From: an uncultured Chloroflexia bacterium
GTDB taxonomy: Bacteria; Chloroflexota; Chloroflexia; QHBQ01; JADMIH01
Length of the DNA stretch: 64,000 bases
Assembly (NCBI GenBank): GCA_963797095.1
Contig: CAWCNY010000006.1
Coordinates: 32,001 to 96,000, forward strand
Reading direction: 5' to 3'
Of the stretch, positions 1 to 7,856 are shown piece after piece. Numbering within the stretch: position 1 is the first letter of the stretch; each line of letters begins with the position of its first letter. The notes under the pieces were generated by a model, which saw only the letters and a program-made list of their open reading frames with translations, was not told the origin of the DNA and ran no database searches. A program made the translations under genes and the position numbers.

Positions 1-39
1 CAACCAGGAACCAGGAACCAGGAACCAGGAACCAGGAAC
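1..39. repeat. Heptamer tandem repeat (GGAACCA)n, STRR-like
   Basis: About five consecutive GGAACCA units at the window start. Confidence 0.85.
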
Positions 40-119
40 TTGGAACCTCCGACTACCGACTACCGTCCTCCGTCCACAGACCAATTCCCTTCCCCTATAC
101 AAACCCTTATAATGTCGGC

Positions 120-1919
120 ATGGGCCCGACTACTGCTGCTTCCCAACCTCGCGCCGCTGCCCCTAAGGACCGCCACCCCTTCCGCACCCTCCTCGGCATC
201 TATCTCAGGCCCCAGTGGCGCTCTGCCCTCATGCTCTGCATCCTCCTCTTCGGCGGCATAACCCTCCAACTGATCAATCCCCAGGTGCTCGGCACCTTCA
301 TCGACACCGCCACCGGCACAGGAGGCCCCGGCACCCTCGACCTCCTCATCCGTCTGGCCCTCCTCTACCTGGGCCTCGCCCTCGTCGGGCAGTTTGCCAC
401 CGTAGCCGAAACTTACGTCGCCCAGAACATCGGCCTCACCGCCACCAACAGCCTCCGCGACGACCTTCTCCTCCACACCCTTCGCCTCGACCCCGACTTC
501 CACAACTCGCGCACCCCCGGCGAAATGATCGAGCGCATCGACGGCGATGTCTCCCTCCTGGGCAACTTCTTTTCGCGCTTCGTGGTCAACCTCCTGGGCA
601 ACGGTATCCTCCTCATCGGAGTGCTCGTCCTCCTGCTGGCCATCGACTGGCGTGTGGGCCTCGCCGTCGGCATCTGTAGCCTCTCCGGCGTCTTCCTCAT
701 GAATTCGTTCCGAGCCTTCGCCGTGCCCCGCTTCAAAGACGCCCGGCAGGCCAGCGCCGACCTCTTCGGCTACCTCGAAGAGCGCCTCGCCGCCACCGAA
801 GACATCCGCTCCAGCGGCGCGATCCACCACGCCATGCGCGGCCTCCACCTGCGTAACCGTGTCCTCCTTGAAAAGCAGCGCCTTGCCGCCATGATCGGCA
901 GCGTCGCCTGGAACAGCGCCTTCGTCTTCCTCCTCTTCAGCCTCGCCGCCGCCCTCGGCATTGGCGGCTACCTCTTCATCCAGGGCCAGATCACCATCGG
1001 TACCCTCTATATCACCTTCAACTACACCTCCCTCCTCCGCAACCCTATGGAGCAGATCTCCCGCCAGATGCAAGACCTCCAGCAGGCCGCCGCCGGTATC
1101 TCCCGCATCTACGACCTTCTCAACACCCACAGCGTCCTCAAGGATGGCCCCGGCACCCCCATCCCCTCCGGCCCCCTCTCCCTCGACTTCGACCGCGTGG
1201 CCTTCGGCTACGAAAACAACGCCAACGACCTTGTCCTGCGCGATATCTCCTTCAATCTCCGCCCCGGCGAAGTGCTGGGCCTCCTCGGTCGCACGGGCAG
1301 CGGCAAAACCACCATCACCCGCCTCATTTTCCGCCTCTACGACCCCACGGCAGGCGCGATCAAGCTCGGCGGCGTCGACCTGCGCGATGCCCTCATCAAA
1401 GACCTGCGTCGCCACGTCGGTCTGGTCACCCAGGACATCCAGGTATTCCACGCCAGCGTGCGCGACAACCTCACCCTTTTCGACCGCTCCATCTCCGACC
1501 CCAAAGTAGAGCAGGTGCTTGCCGACCTCGGCCTCGACGAATGGCTCCGCACCCTCCCCTCCGGCCTCGATACGCGGCTTTCCCCCGGCACCTCCGGCCT
1601 CTCTGCGGGCGAGGCCCAGCTCCTCGCTTTCGCCCGCGTCTTCCTCCACGACCCCGGCCTCGTGATCCTCGATGAAGCCTCCTCCCGCCTCGACCCCGCT
1701 ACCGAGCAGCGCCTTGAGCAAGCCGTATCTCGCCTCCTCGAAGGCCGTACAGGCATAATCATCGCCCACCGCCTCGGCACAGTCCAGCGTGCCGACACCA
1801 TAATGGTCCTGGAAGATGGCCTTTGTCAGGAGTACGGCCCCCGCGCCGACCTCGAACGCGACCCCCAGTCCCGCTTCGCCCAGCTACTGAAAGCCGGCTT
1901 AGAAGAGATGCTGGTCTAG
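120..1919 (+). CDS. ABC exporter, fused permease/ATP-binding subunit (first half of a heterodimer)
   Basis: N-terminal TM helices; Walker A GRTGSGKT, signature LSAGEAQ, Walker B VILDEASSRLD, H-loop IAHRL. Confidence 0.93.
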   Translation: MGPTTAASQPRAAAPKDRHPFRTLLGIYLRPQWRSALMLCILLFGGITLQLINPQVLGTFIDTATGTGGPGTLDLLIRLALLYLGLALVGQFATVAETYVAQNIGLTATNSLRDDLLLHTLRLDPDFHNSRTPGEMIERIDGDVSLLGNFFSRFVVNLLGNGILLIGVLVLLLAIDWRVGLAVGICSLSGVFLMNSFRAFAVPRFKDARQASADLFGYLEERLAATEDIRSSGAIHHAMRGLHLRNRVLLEKQRLAAMIGSVAWNSAFVFLLFSLAAALGIGGYLFIQGQITIGTLYITFNYTSLLRNPMEQISRQMQDLQQAAAGISRIYDLLNTHSVLKDGPGTPIPSGPLSLDFDRVAFGYENNANDLVLRDISFNLRPGEVLGLLGRTGSGKTTITRLIFRLYDPTAGAIKLGGVDLRDALIKDLRRHVGLVTQDIQVFHASVRDNLTLFDRSISDPKVEQVLADLGLDEWLRTLPSGLDTRLSPGTSGLSAGEAQLLAFARVFLHDPGLVILDEASSRLDPATEQRLEQAVSRLLEGRTGIIIAHRLGTVQRADTIMVLEDGLCQEYGPRADLERDPQSRFAQLLKAGLEEMLV

Positions 1920-1934
1920 TAAACTACCCCATGC

Positions 1935-3068
1935 CTAAAGGCAGGGGCTTTGCCCTGGAACGTTTGTCTGGACTTCAAGAGGACTTGATTGCAGAGGTTC
2001 CGAGCGGTACGGCCAGCTTACATTGGCCCTGCAAGAAATAATCCTTGCAGCCGAAAGGTCGGCATTAGAAGCGTATCCGCAACCGACACAGAGGAAACGA
2101 GCTTGAGAAGGACGATTAGCTTTATCAATACAGCCGCAAGAAGGGCAAGTACGAGATGTGTTATGCGGATCGACCGCCACTACAACCGTACCGGCCAGGG
2201 CAGCCTTGTATTCGATAAAGCCTCTGAGCTGTTGGAAGGCCCAACTATGCAGAGTAGCACGCTGCCCGCGTCTAACAGTGACACGATCTCGGATACCGCC
2301 GAGTTCTTCGAGGGCGATACCCTGACCGAGTGCCTTCGCGGTCGCTACAATGCGTTTCGAGATTACATGGTTCGTGTGGCGGGCAAAGCGCGCTTCCTTC
2401 GCACGCCTCTTTCTGAGAAGCCGTTTGGCCGAGCGCGTGCCTTTGGATTGCAACTTTGCGCGGAGCCTTCTGTTCCTGTGACGGATGCTCTTGACGGTCG
2501 AACCGGAGTAGATGTTACCCGCGCTATCAACGGCGATGTTAACTACTTCCAGGTCAACCCCCAGGAAGCCCGAAGGCTCGCCTATGGGCGGTTCGGGGCA
2601 ATCGACTACGGTATTGAGGTAAAACTGACCGTCACGCAGGAGAAGGTCAGTCTCGCCCTGCTGAGACAAGAGCAGGCGACGAGCACGCTCATCCGCTTGG
2701 TACGAAAGGCGTATTCTACCGTCTACCGTATTCATAGTTACTTCCGAGTTTTCCTGATACCAGCGCAGAATACGGCTATCGTAAGCGATAGAGCCGTGTT
2801 TGCGGAACGCCCGCTTCACTCTCTTATCAAGTTTATAGGCATCCGCAACCTTAGCAATTACTCTGACAACAATCTGGGCAGAGAGGCCAAACTCATCCTT
2901 TATCCTGTAGTACAAAGCCTTGTGGATGGTGTACTGCCCGAAGGTGTGATTATGCCATGCCCACTCAGAAATATAGTTGGCCGCATCGTTAGCGCGTTCA
3001 AGCGTGCGGAGCAGGGCACGCGCCTGTTCCTCGGAGGGTTGGAGCTTGACAGTGACGGTCAACTTCAT
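1935..3068 (-). CDS. tnpB: RNA-guided endonuclease TnpB
   Basis: N-terminal MKLTVTVKLQPSEEQ; RuvC-I GVDL, RuvC-II IALEEL, HSWAF motif, Zn finger CPSCG..CVGCG, RuvC-III NADLSAARII. Confidence 0.93.
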   Translation of the reverse strand: MKLTVTVKLQPSEEQARALLRTLERANDAANYISEWAWHNHTFGQYTIHKALYYRIKDEFGLSAQIVVRVIAKVADAYKLDKRVKRAFRKHGSIAYDSRILRWYQENSEVTMNTVDGRIRLSYQADERARRLLLSQQGETDLLLRDGQFYLNTVVDCPEPPIGEPSGFLGVDLEVVNIAVDSAGNIYSGSTVKSIRHRNRRLRAKLQSKGTRSAKRLLRKRRAKEARFARHTNHVISKRIVATAKALGQGIALEELGGIRDRVTVRRGQRATLHSWAFQQLRGFIEYKAALAGTVVVAVDPHNTSRTCPSCGCIDKANRPSQARFLCVGCGYASNADLSAARIISCRANVSWPYRSEPLQSSPLEVQTNVPGQSPCL

Positions 3069-3069
3069 A

Positions 3070-3107
3070 ATTTCTATTATGTCATGTTATTTCTATTATG
3101 TCATGTT
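3070..3107. repeat. 19-bp tandem duplication just upstream of tnpB
   Basis: ATTTCTATTATGTCATGTT twice in tandem; each copy has a minus-strand CATAAT -10-like hexamer. Confidence 0.75.
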
Positions 3108-3189
3108 CTTCAAGACTTGACAAGAAAGGAGAAAGGGGCGTTTCCTCCCCATGTCTAAAGACAGGGGTCTCCACGCCTCTATTAGTTCG

Positions 3190-5037
3190 ATGAATCCCGC
3201 CTCCAAAATCCGAAATCCAAAATCCGAGATCCAAAATCGAAAGGGTTGGTGGTACATCTGGCGCTTGGCCCGCTTCCGCTTCCCCGTCTACCTCCTGAGC
3301 GGCCTGCTCGCCAGCACCATGTTCTACGTCTTCCCTTTGATCCCCGGCCTATTCGTGCGCCAGATATTCGACGCGCTCTCCAATGGCGCGCCCGCCTACG
3401 ATAGCCTCTGGACCTACGTAGCCCTGATCGCTGCCATAGGCCCGCTCCAGATGCTGTTCACCATCGTGGGCGTCGGTGCAGAGACCACCATGCAACTCAC
3501 AACGGCGGCCCTCCTGCGCCGCAACCTCTTCGAGCGTATCTTGCAACGCCCCGGTGCCAAAGCCCTCCCTTCCTCTCCCGGCGAAGCGATCAGCCGCTTC
3601 CGCAACGATGTCAACGAGATCTACGGCTTCCTCACCTGGACCCTCGACCCCCTGGGCCAGGCTCTCGTCATCATCCTGGCCCTTGTCGTCCTGATCAGCA
3701 TCGACCCAATAATTACGGTGGCCGTCTTCCTCCCTCTGGTCGTAGTGCTTGTGGTTGTGAACTCGGCTACCAAGCGCATCCAGAAGTACCGCAAAGCTAA
3801 CCAGGAGGCCATCGGCGAGGTCACAAGCCTCCTGGGCGAGATATATGGCTCCGTTCTAGCCGTCAAAGTGGCTGGTGCCGAGGAGAACGTAGCGGCGCAC
3901 TTCCGTGGCGTCAACGAGGCCCGCCGCAAAGCCGCCCTCAACGACGTGCTTCTGACCGAACTCCTTAGCTCCATCTCCTTCAACGTCGCCAACCTCGGCA
4001 CCGGCCTGATGCTCCTGGTCGCCGCGCAGGCCATCCAGGGCGGCAGCTTCACCGTTGGCGACTTCGCCCTCTTCGTCTCGTATCTCGGCTGGCTGACTGT
4101 CGTAATCAGCATGTTCGGCAACTACCTCACAAAGTTTCGGCAGGTTCAGATTTCCCTGCAACGCGCCATCGAGCTATTGCAGGGCGCTCCACCTGAGATG
4201 CTTGTCCGCTACAACCCCGTCTACCTGCGAGGCTCCATTCCCCAACCAACCCCCATCCCCAAAACCGAGGCCCACACCCTCAATCGCCTCGAAGCTATTG
4301 GCCTCACCTACCACTATCCCGGCTCCTCACGAGGCGTCGAAGGAGTCAGCTTCAGCATCGAGCGCGGCTCCTTCACCGTCATCACTGGCCGCATCGGCGC
4401 GGGTAAAACCACCCTGCTGCGCGTGCTCCTGGGCCTCCTGCCCCGCGAATCAGGCACTGTCCTCTGGAACGGCGAGGAGGTGGACGACCCCGCCACCTTC
4501 TTAGTCCCGCCCCGCTGTGCCTACACCCCCCAGACCCCCCGCCTTTTCAGCACGACCCTGCGCGAGAACATCCTCCTCGGCCAGCACGATAACGAGCCTT
4601 CCATCTCAGCCGCCCTCCATGCCGCCGTGCTGGAACGCGACATAGGCGAGCTTGACGAGGGCCTCGATACGATAGTAGGCCCGCGAGGCGTCAAGCTGTC
4701 CGGAGGCCAGATGCAGCGCACAGCCGCCGCCCGCATGTTCGTCCGCCAATCCGAGCTATTAGTAGTGGACGACCTCTCAAGCGCCCTAGACGTAGAGACC
4801 GAGGCCGCCCTCTGGGAGCGCCTCGCCCGTCAGCCCAACGTAACCACCCTCGCCGTCTCCAACCGCCGCCCCGCCCTGCGTCGCGCAGGCCGGATAATAG
4901 TCGTCAAGCACGGCCATGTAGAGGGCCGAGGCACCCTGACCGACCTCCTGGAAACCTGCGAAGAAATGCGCCACCTCTGGCACGGCGAGCTAACCCCCGA
5001 AACCATCCCGGAAGCCCAAGAAGAGAACCCAATGTAG
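3190..5037 (+). CDS. ABC exporter, fused permease/ATP-binding subunit (second half of the heterodimer)
   Basis: TM domain; Walker A GRIGAGKT, LSGGQMQR, degenerate Walker B VVDDLSSALD. Start set to ATG 3190 because 3151-3189 lies in the IS end. Confidence 0.9.
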   Translation: MNPASKIRNPKSEIQNRKGWWYIWRLARFRFPVYLLSGLLASTMFYVFPLIPGLFVRQIFDALSNGAPAYDSLWTYVALIAAIGPLQMLFTIVGVGAETTMQLTTAALLRRNLFERILQRPGAKALPSSPGEAISRFRNDVNEIYGFLTWTLDPLGQALVIILALVVLISIDPIITVAVFLPLVVVLVVVNSATKRIQKYRKANQEAIGEVTSLLGEIYGSVLAVKVAGAEENVAAHFRGVNEARRKAALNDVLLTELLSSISFNVANLGTGLMLLVAAQAIQGGSFTVGDFALFVSYLGWLTVVISMFGNYLTKFRQVQISLQRAIELLQGAPPEMLVRYNPVYLRGSIPQPTPIPKTEAHTLNRLEAIGLTYHYPGSSRGVEGVSFSIERGSFTVITGRIGAGKTTLLRVLLGLLPRESGTVLWNGEEVDDPATFLVPPRCAYTPQTPRLFSTTLRENILLGQHDNEPSISAALHAAVLERDIGELDEGLDTIVGPRGVKLSGGQMQRTAAARMFVRQSELLVVDDLSSALDVETEAALWERLARQPNVTTLAVSNRRPALRRAGRIIVVKHGHVEGRGTLTDLLETCEEMRHLWHGELTPETIPEAQEENPM

Positions 5038-5465
5038 AGGCACCCTTTATAGGCAATGTTGTCGCATAAACTCACGAACGTGGCCCAAGCGCAGGCATTG
5101 CTAACGGGTGCCCTGTTCGTACACCATCCCAACATAGTCCCGGAGGGACGGCAGAACATAGCCCAGGGCGTAAGCTCTGTGGATAATACGCCACCCAAAG
5201 CAAGTAGTCCTGAAGGAACGCAAGAGAGCAGCCCAGGGTTTACGCCCTGGGCTAAGCCCAAGATAATGCCCTAGCCCCGTAGGGGCGTTAGAACATTCAC
5301 TCCGGTCTTGTATATGATGTAATGACGCAACCCTCTTACGTCCCTTCGGGACTATGGCTTGGGTGGCATTCCATCGGGTACTTACAAGGGGTACATCTTA
5401 CTATTGGTATTTCTATGCTGGTATTTTCATGCGACAACATTGCCCACAAGGGGTGCCTCTACATT
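5031..5465. repeat. REPIN/MITE-like element with ~37-bp imperfect inverted ends and internal REP-like palindromes
   Basis: AATGTAGAGGCACCCTTTATAGGCAATGTTGTCGCAT at 5031 is mirrored at 5429-5465. Internal palindromes GTCCCGGAGGGAC, AGCCCAGGGTTTACGCCCTGGGCT, GCCCCGTAGGGGC, GTCCCTTCGGGAC. Confidence 0.75.
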
Positions 5466-5501
5466 ATTAATGCGGCTGCATCGAGGTATCCGAAGGAATC
5501 C

Positions 5502-5808
5502 CGCCTATGAACGTGATACGTGCAAGAATAGGACATAGAATGCGCTCGAAAATACCGGAACTGCGGGCAAGAAGGACCAAATTGGCTTCCATTGTGGGCC
5601 CAGTCGCCTTCAATTCCACCTCGCATGCCATCAAATCCGTTGATTTGCCAGAGGCAGTAGCCCAATTAGGGCCCGGCGAGAGCAGTAAGGCGTATTTGTC
5701 GGCTAAGCGGGGCGTGAAATGGGTAGCTTCTAACCTTCAAACACGGTTATGAGGGGTTATAATCCCCTCATCTATGTCCTATTCTTGCACGTATCACGTT
5801 CATAGGCG
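5502..5808. mobile_element. MITE-like element with perfect 38-bp terminal inverted repeats
   Basis: CGCCTATGAACGTGATACGTGCAAGAATAGGACATAGA (5502-5539) is the exact reverse complement of 5771-5808. No transposase inside and no clear TSD. Confidence 0.72.
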
Positions 5809-6054
5809 ATATAGACTTACCAGCTCAAATTCCTGGTGCCGCACTCAAGGGCTGCCACATCAAGAGCGTAGCAGGGGAAGAGTCACGCATGCGTCACAGA
5901 GTCTCCAAATAAAGTACTACCAGTACCTGGTCACAAGGACGCAGCTTTGCGGTATTGCCGACCTAAGGAACTCAGCTTACGGAAATGCATGAAGCAGACG
6001 TGGCGATAATCTGCGTGTGGTATCATTGCCCTGGGGTCGACTATACTGTGCCCT

Positions 6055-6603
6055 ATGGTGGGCAATCCTAGTGACGGGCGTTTCTGTTTCAAGTGTGGCG
6101 GACCCTTGGCCAGACGACAGCTAGAGGGCAAACTTCGGCTGTCCTGCCCTCAATGTGGCTGGATTCATTATGAGCAATTGAAGGTAGGAGTAGGAGCGAT
6201 CATTGAGGGGGACGGCCCAAGTCTACTGCTGATCCGGAGAACACATGAACCTTTTGCTCTGCACTGGAATCTACCTGCTGGGTATGTTGATGCCGACGAG
6301 AGTCCAGAGCAAGCGTTGGTCAGAGAGGTCCAAGAGGAGACCGGTTTACGTGTGGAGATTAATGGTCTCTACAATGTCTACTACTTCACCAATGACCCAC
6401 GCGGAAACGGCATTCTCATCGTTTACAAATGCGAAGTAATCGGTGGACAGTTGGGAGAAACAGAGGAGGCGAAGAACCCAACCTACTTCGTGGTTACCGA
6501 GATACCCGAAGCATTTGCAAGTGGTGGGCATGATCAAGCCATACGCGAGTGGCAAAATCAACAAGACCACGAAGCTTCGGCTTGTTCGCTTAACGTACAC
6601 TGA
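6055..6603 (+). CDS. NUDIX hydrolase with N-terminal zinc ribbon
   Basis: CFKCG..CPQCG zinc ribbon; Nudix box GYVDADESPEQALVREVQEETG. Confidence 0.9.
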   Translation: MVGNPSDGRFCFKCGGPLARRQLEGKLRLSCPQCGWIHYEQLKVGVGAIIEGDGPSLLLIRRTHEPFALHWNLPAGYVDADESPEQALVREVQEETGLRVEINGLYNVYYFTNDPRGNGILIVYKCEVIGGQLGETEEAKNPTYFVVTEIPEAFASGGHDQAIREWQNQQDHEASACSLNVH

Positions 6604-6623
6604 CAATCAGCGAAATGTGAATT

Positions 6624-7190
6624 TCAGCGACGGAAAACATCCTGATACACCTGCCAGCCGTCCGGACCAAGGCTATCGACGAGTCGGTAGTGCGTGCCAA
6701 CAAACTGGAAGAACCCATCCATCTCTGGCGGCAGACGATACAGCAGCGTCGGCTTCCATTGCCTGCGCGCGTTGACATCGATCGGCGGCGTGATCTTGTC
6801 GCTTGAGGACGCATCGATGATGAGAACGGGCGGATCAGCTTCAACCTCTCTCAAGAAATCGCTTATCATCGGGCTGCCGGTATATCCGTTTGTAAGCAGA
6901 GCGTACTGATATGCAAAACGAGACGTCGATCTCCCTTGAGCGGCGAAGTTCACGCCCGGCTCGGCGCCCCACATCAACACAGAGTCGGTCGACTTTGTAT
7001 GCGCCCACACATATTGGACTGCTTCAGCACGCGTTACTTCTGTTGTTGTGGGAGTACTGGTTCTTGTCAGCACCATGACCGAAGGGATTCCGATGATCAC
7101 GGGCAGAAAGGCACCGAGCACGAACACCCGTACCCCGGCGTTCCACTTCTCACCAGGTTTTGCACTCAGTCTGTTCCCGGCAAATAGCGC
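6624..7190 (-). pseudogene. C-terminal remnant of a membrane glycosyltransferase-associated protein
   Basis: One TM segment plus a 'SVLMWGAEPGVNFAAQGRSTSRFAY..PPVLIID..HYRLV' extracytoplasmic domain. The frame stays open upstream until a TGA inside the repeat at ~7195, with no convincing RBS. Confidence 0.5.
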
Positions 7191-7285
7191 TTGTCATCCT
7201 GAACGAAGTGAAGGATCTCGCTCCCCAAGATCACCTTCGCAAGCCCACCACGCCAGAGAGTGCCCACAACGAGCAAGATCCTCAA
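7190..7285 (+). repeat. REP-like ~95-bp module, copy 1
   Basis: TTGTCATCCTGAACGAAGTGAAGGATCTCGCTCCCCAAGATCAC...CAACGAGCAAGATCCTCA; a closely similar reverse-complement copy lies at 56038-56128. Confidence 0.8.
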
Positions 7286-7352
7286 ACTCACTCAACCAAC
7301 CCCAAAATCGCCCAAAAAACCACCCGCTTGGCCCTATCCAAATCCAAACAAA

Positions 7353-7740
7353 TGTGCTAAGTCCAATACAAGAAGTACTTTCACCCTCCCTGCCGCGCAA
7401 CATGGAGGACATAGAGACAAGACTGGTGTCCCTATGCAGCTTTGCGTTTAGCCTTTAGCACCTTACCAGAGGAACATACCAAAGAATGGTCAGCCAAAAG
7501 CCGGTGGCTCTCTCAACACCACCCCCGCTCCGGTCTCCCAACAGCGGACCCTAAGGGGACCAGCACGGAGCGGTAATCCAGTGTGCATTCGTGTCACACC
7601 CTCTATCGGCAAGAGGAACCCTGCGCCACACGAACCCAGTTGCGCCCACAGGGACACCATCCCATAAGCTAACCCATCATAAAAAGGAAAGGGTGCATGA
7701 GGACCCAACCAGACCCCATGCACCCCCTTCCCCATACCTA
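7353..7740 (+). ncRNA. Candidate large structured non-coding RNA / repeat element, copy A
   Basis: Block-by-block homology with the reverse complement of 58818-59087, 57745-57795 and 55915-55965; helices are preserved by compensatory and G-U changes (see findings). Confidence 0.55.
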
Positions 7741-7856
7741 AAACTTCAAACTCAAAACCTCTAAAAACCTTCGTGCCCTTCGTACTCCTTCGCCCCTTCG
7801 TGTACAAAATCCAAATACGCAGTAAGCAGTACGAAATATGCAGTAAGCACTATCCC

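Larger units (their letters stand above)
1919..3189 (-). mobile_element. IS200/IS605-family (IS1341-like, TnpB-only) element
   Basis: Matching subterminal hairpins CCCCATGCCTAAAGGCAGGGG (1927-1947) and CCCCATGTCTAAAGACAGGGG (3147-3167). On the minus strand the right end finishes TTTAC and the left end follows TCAT. No TSD. Removing it restores a TAATG stop/start overlap between the two ABC genes. Confidence 0.88.

Noticed and set aside
60-1769. 569-aa minus-strand ORF, and similar long ORFs (1989-3158 +, 8182-10299 +, 10214-11323 +, 10909-12117 +)
   Set aside because: Antisense shadows of well-supported genes in GC-rich DNA, with no recognisable motifs.
3151-3189. Longer start for the second ABC gene at 3151
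   Set aside because: This ATG lies in the IS left-end hairpin; ATG 3190 restores the ancestral TAATG coupling.
7353-7740. Group II or group I intron identity for the structured element
   Set aside because: No domain V (GAGCCG..GAAA..CGGUUC), no group I R/S motifs, and no host gene interrupted with matching exons.
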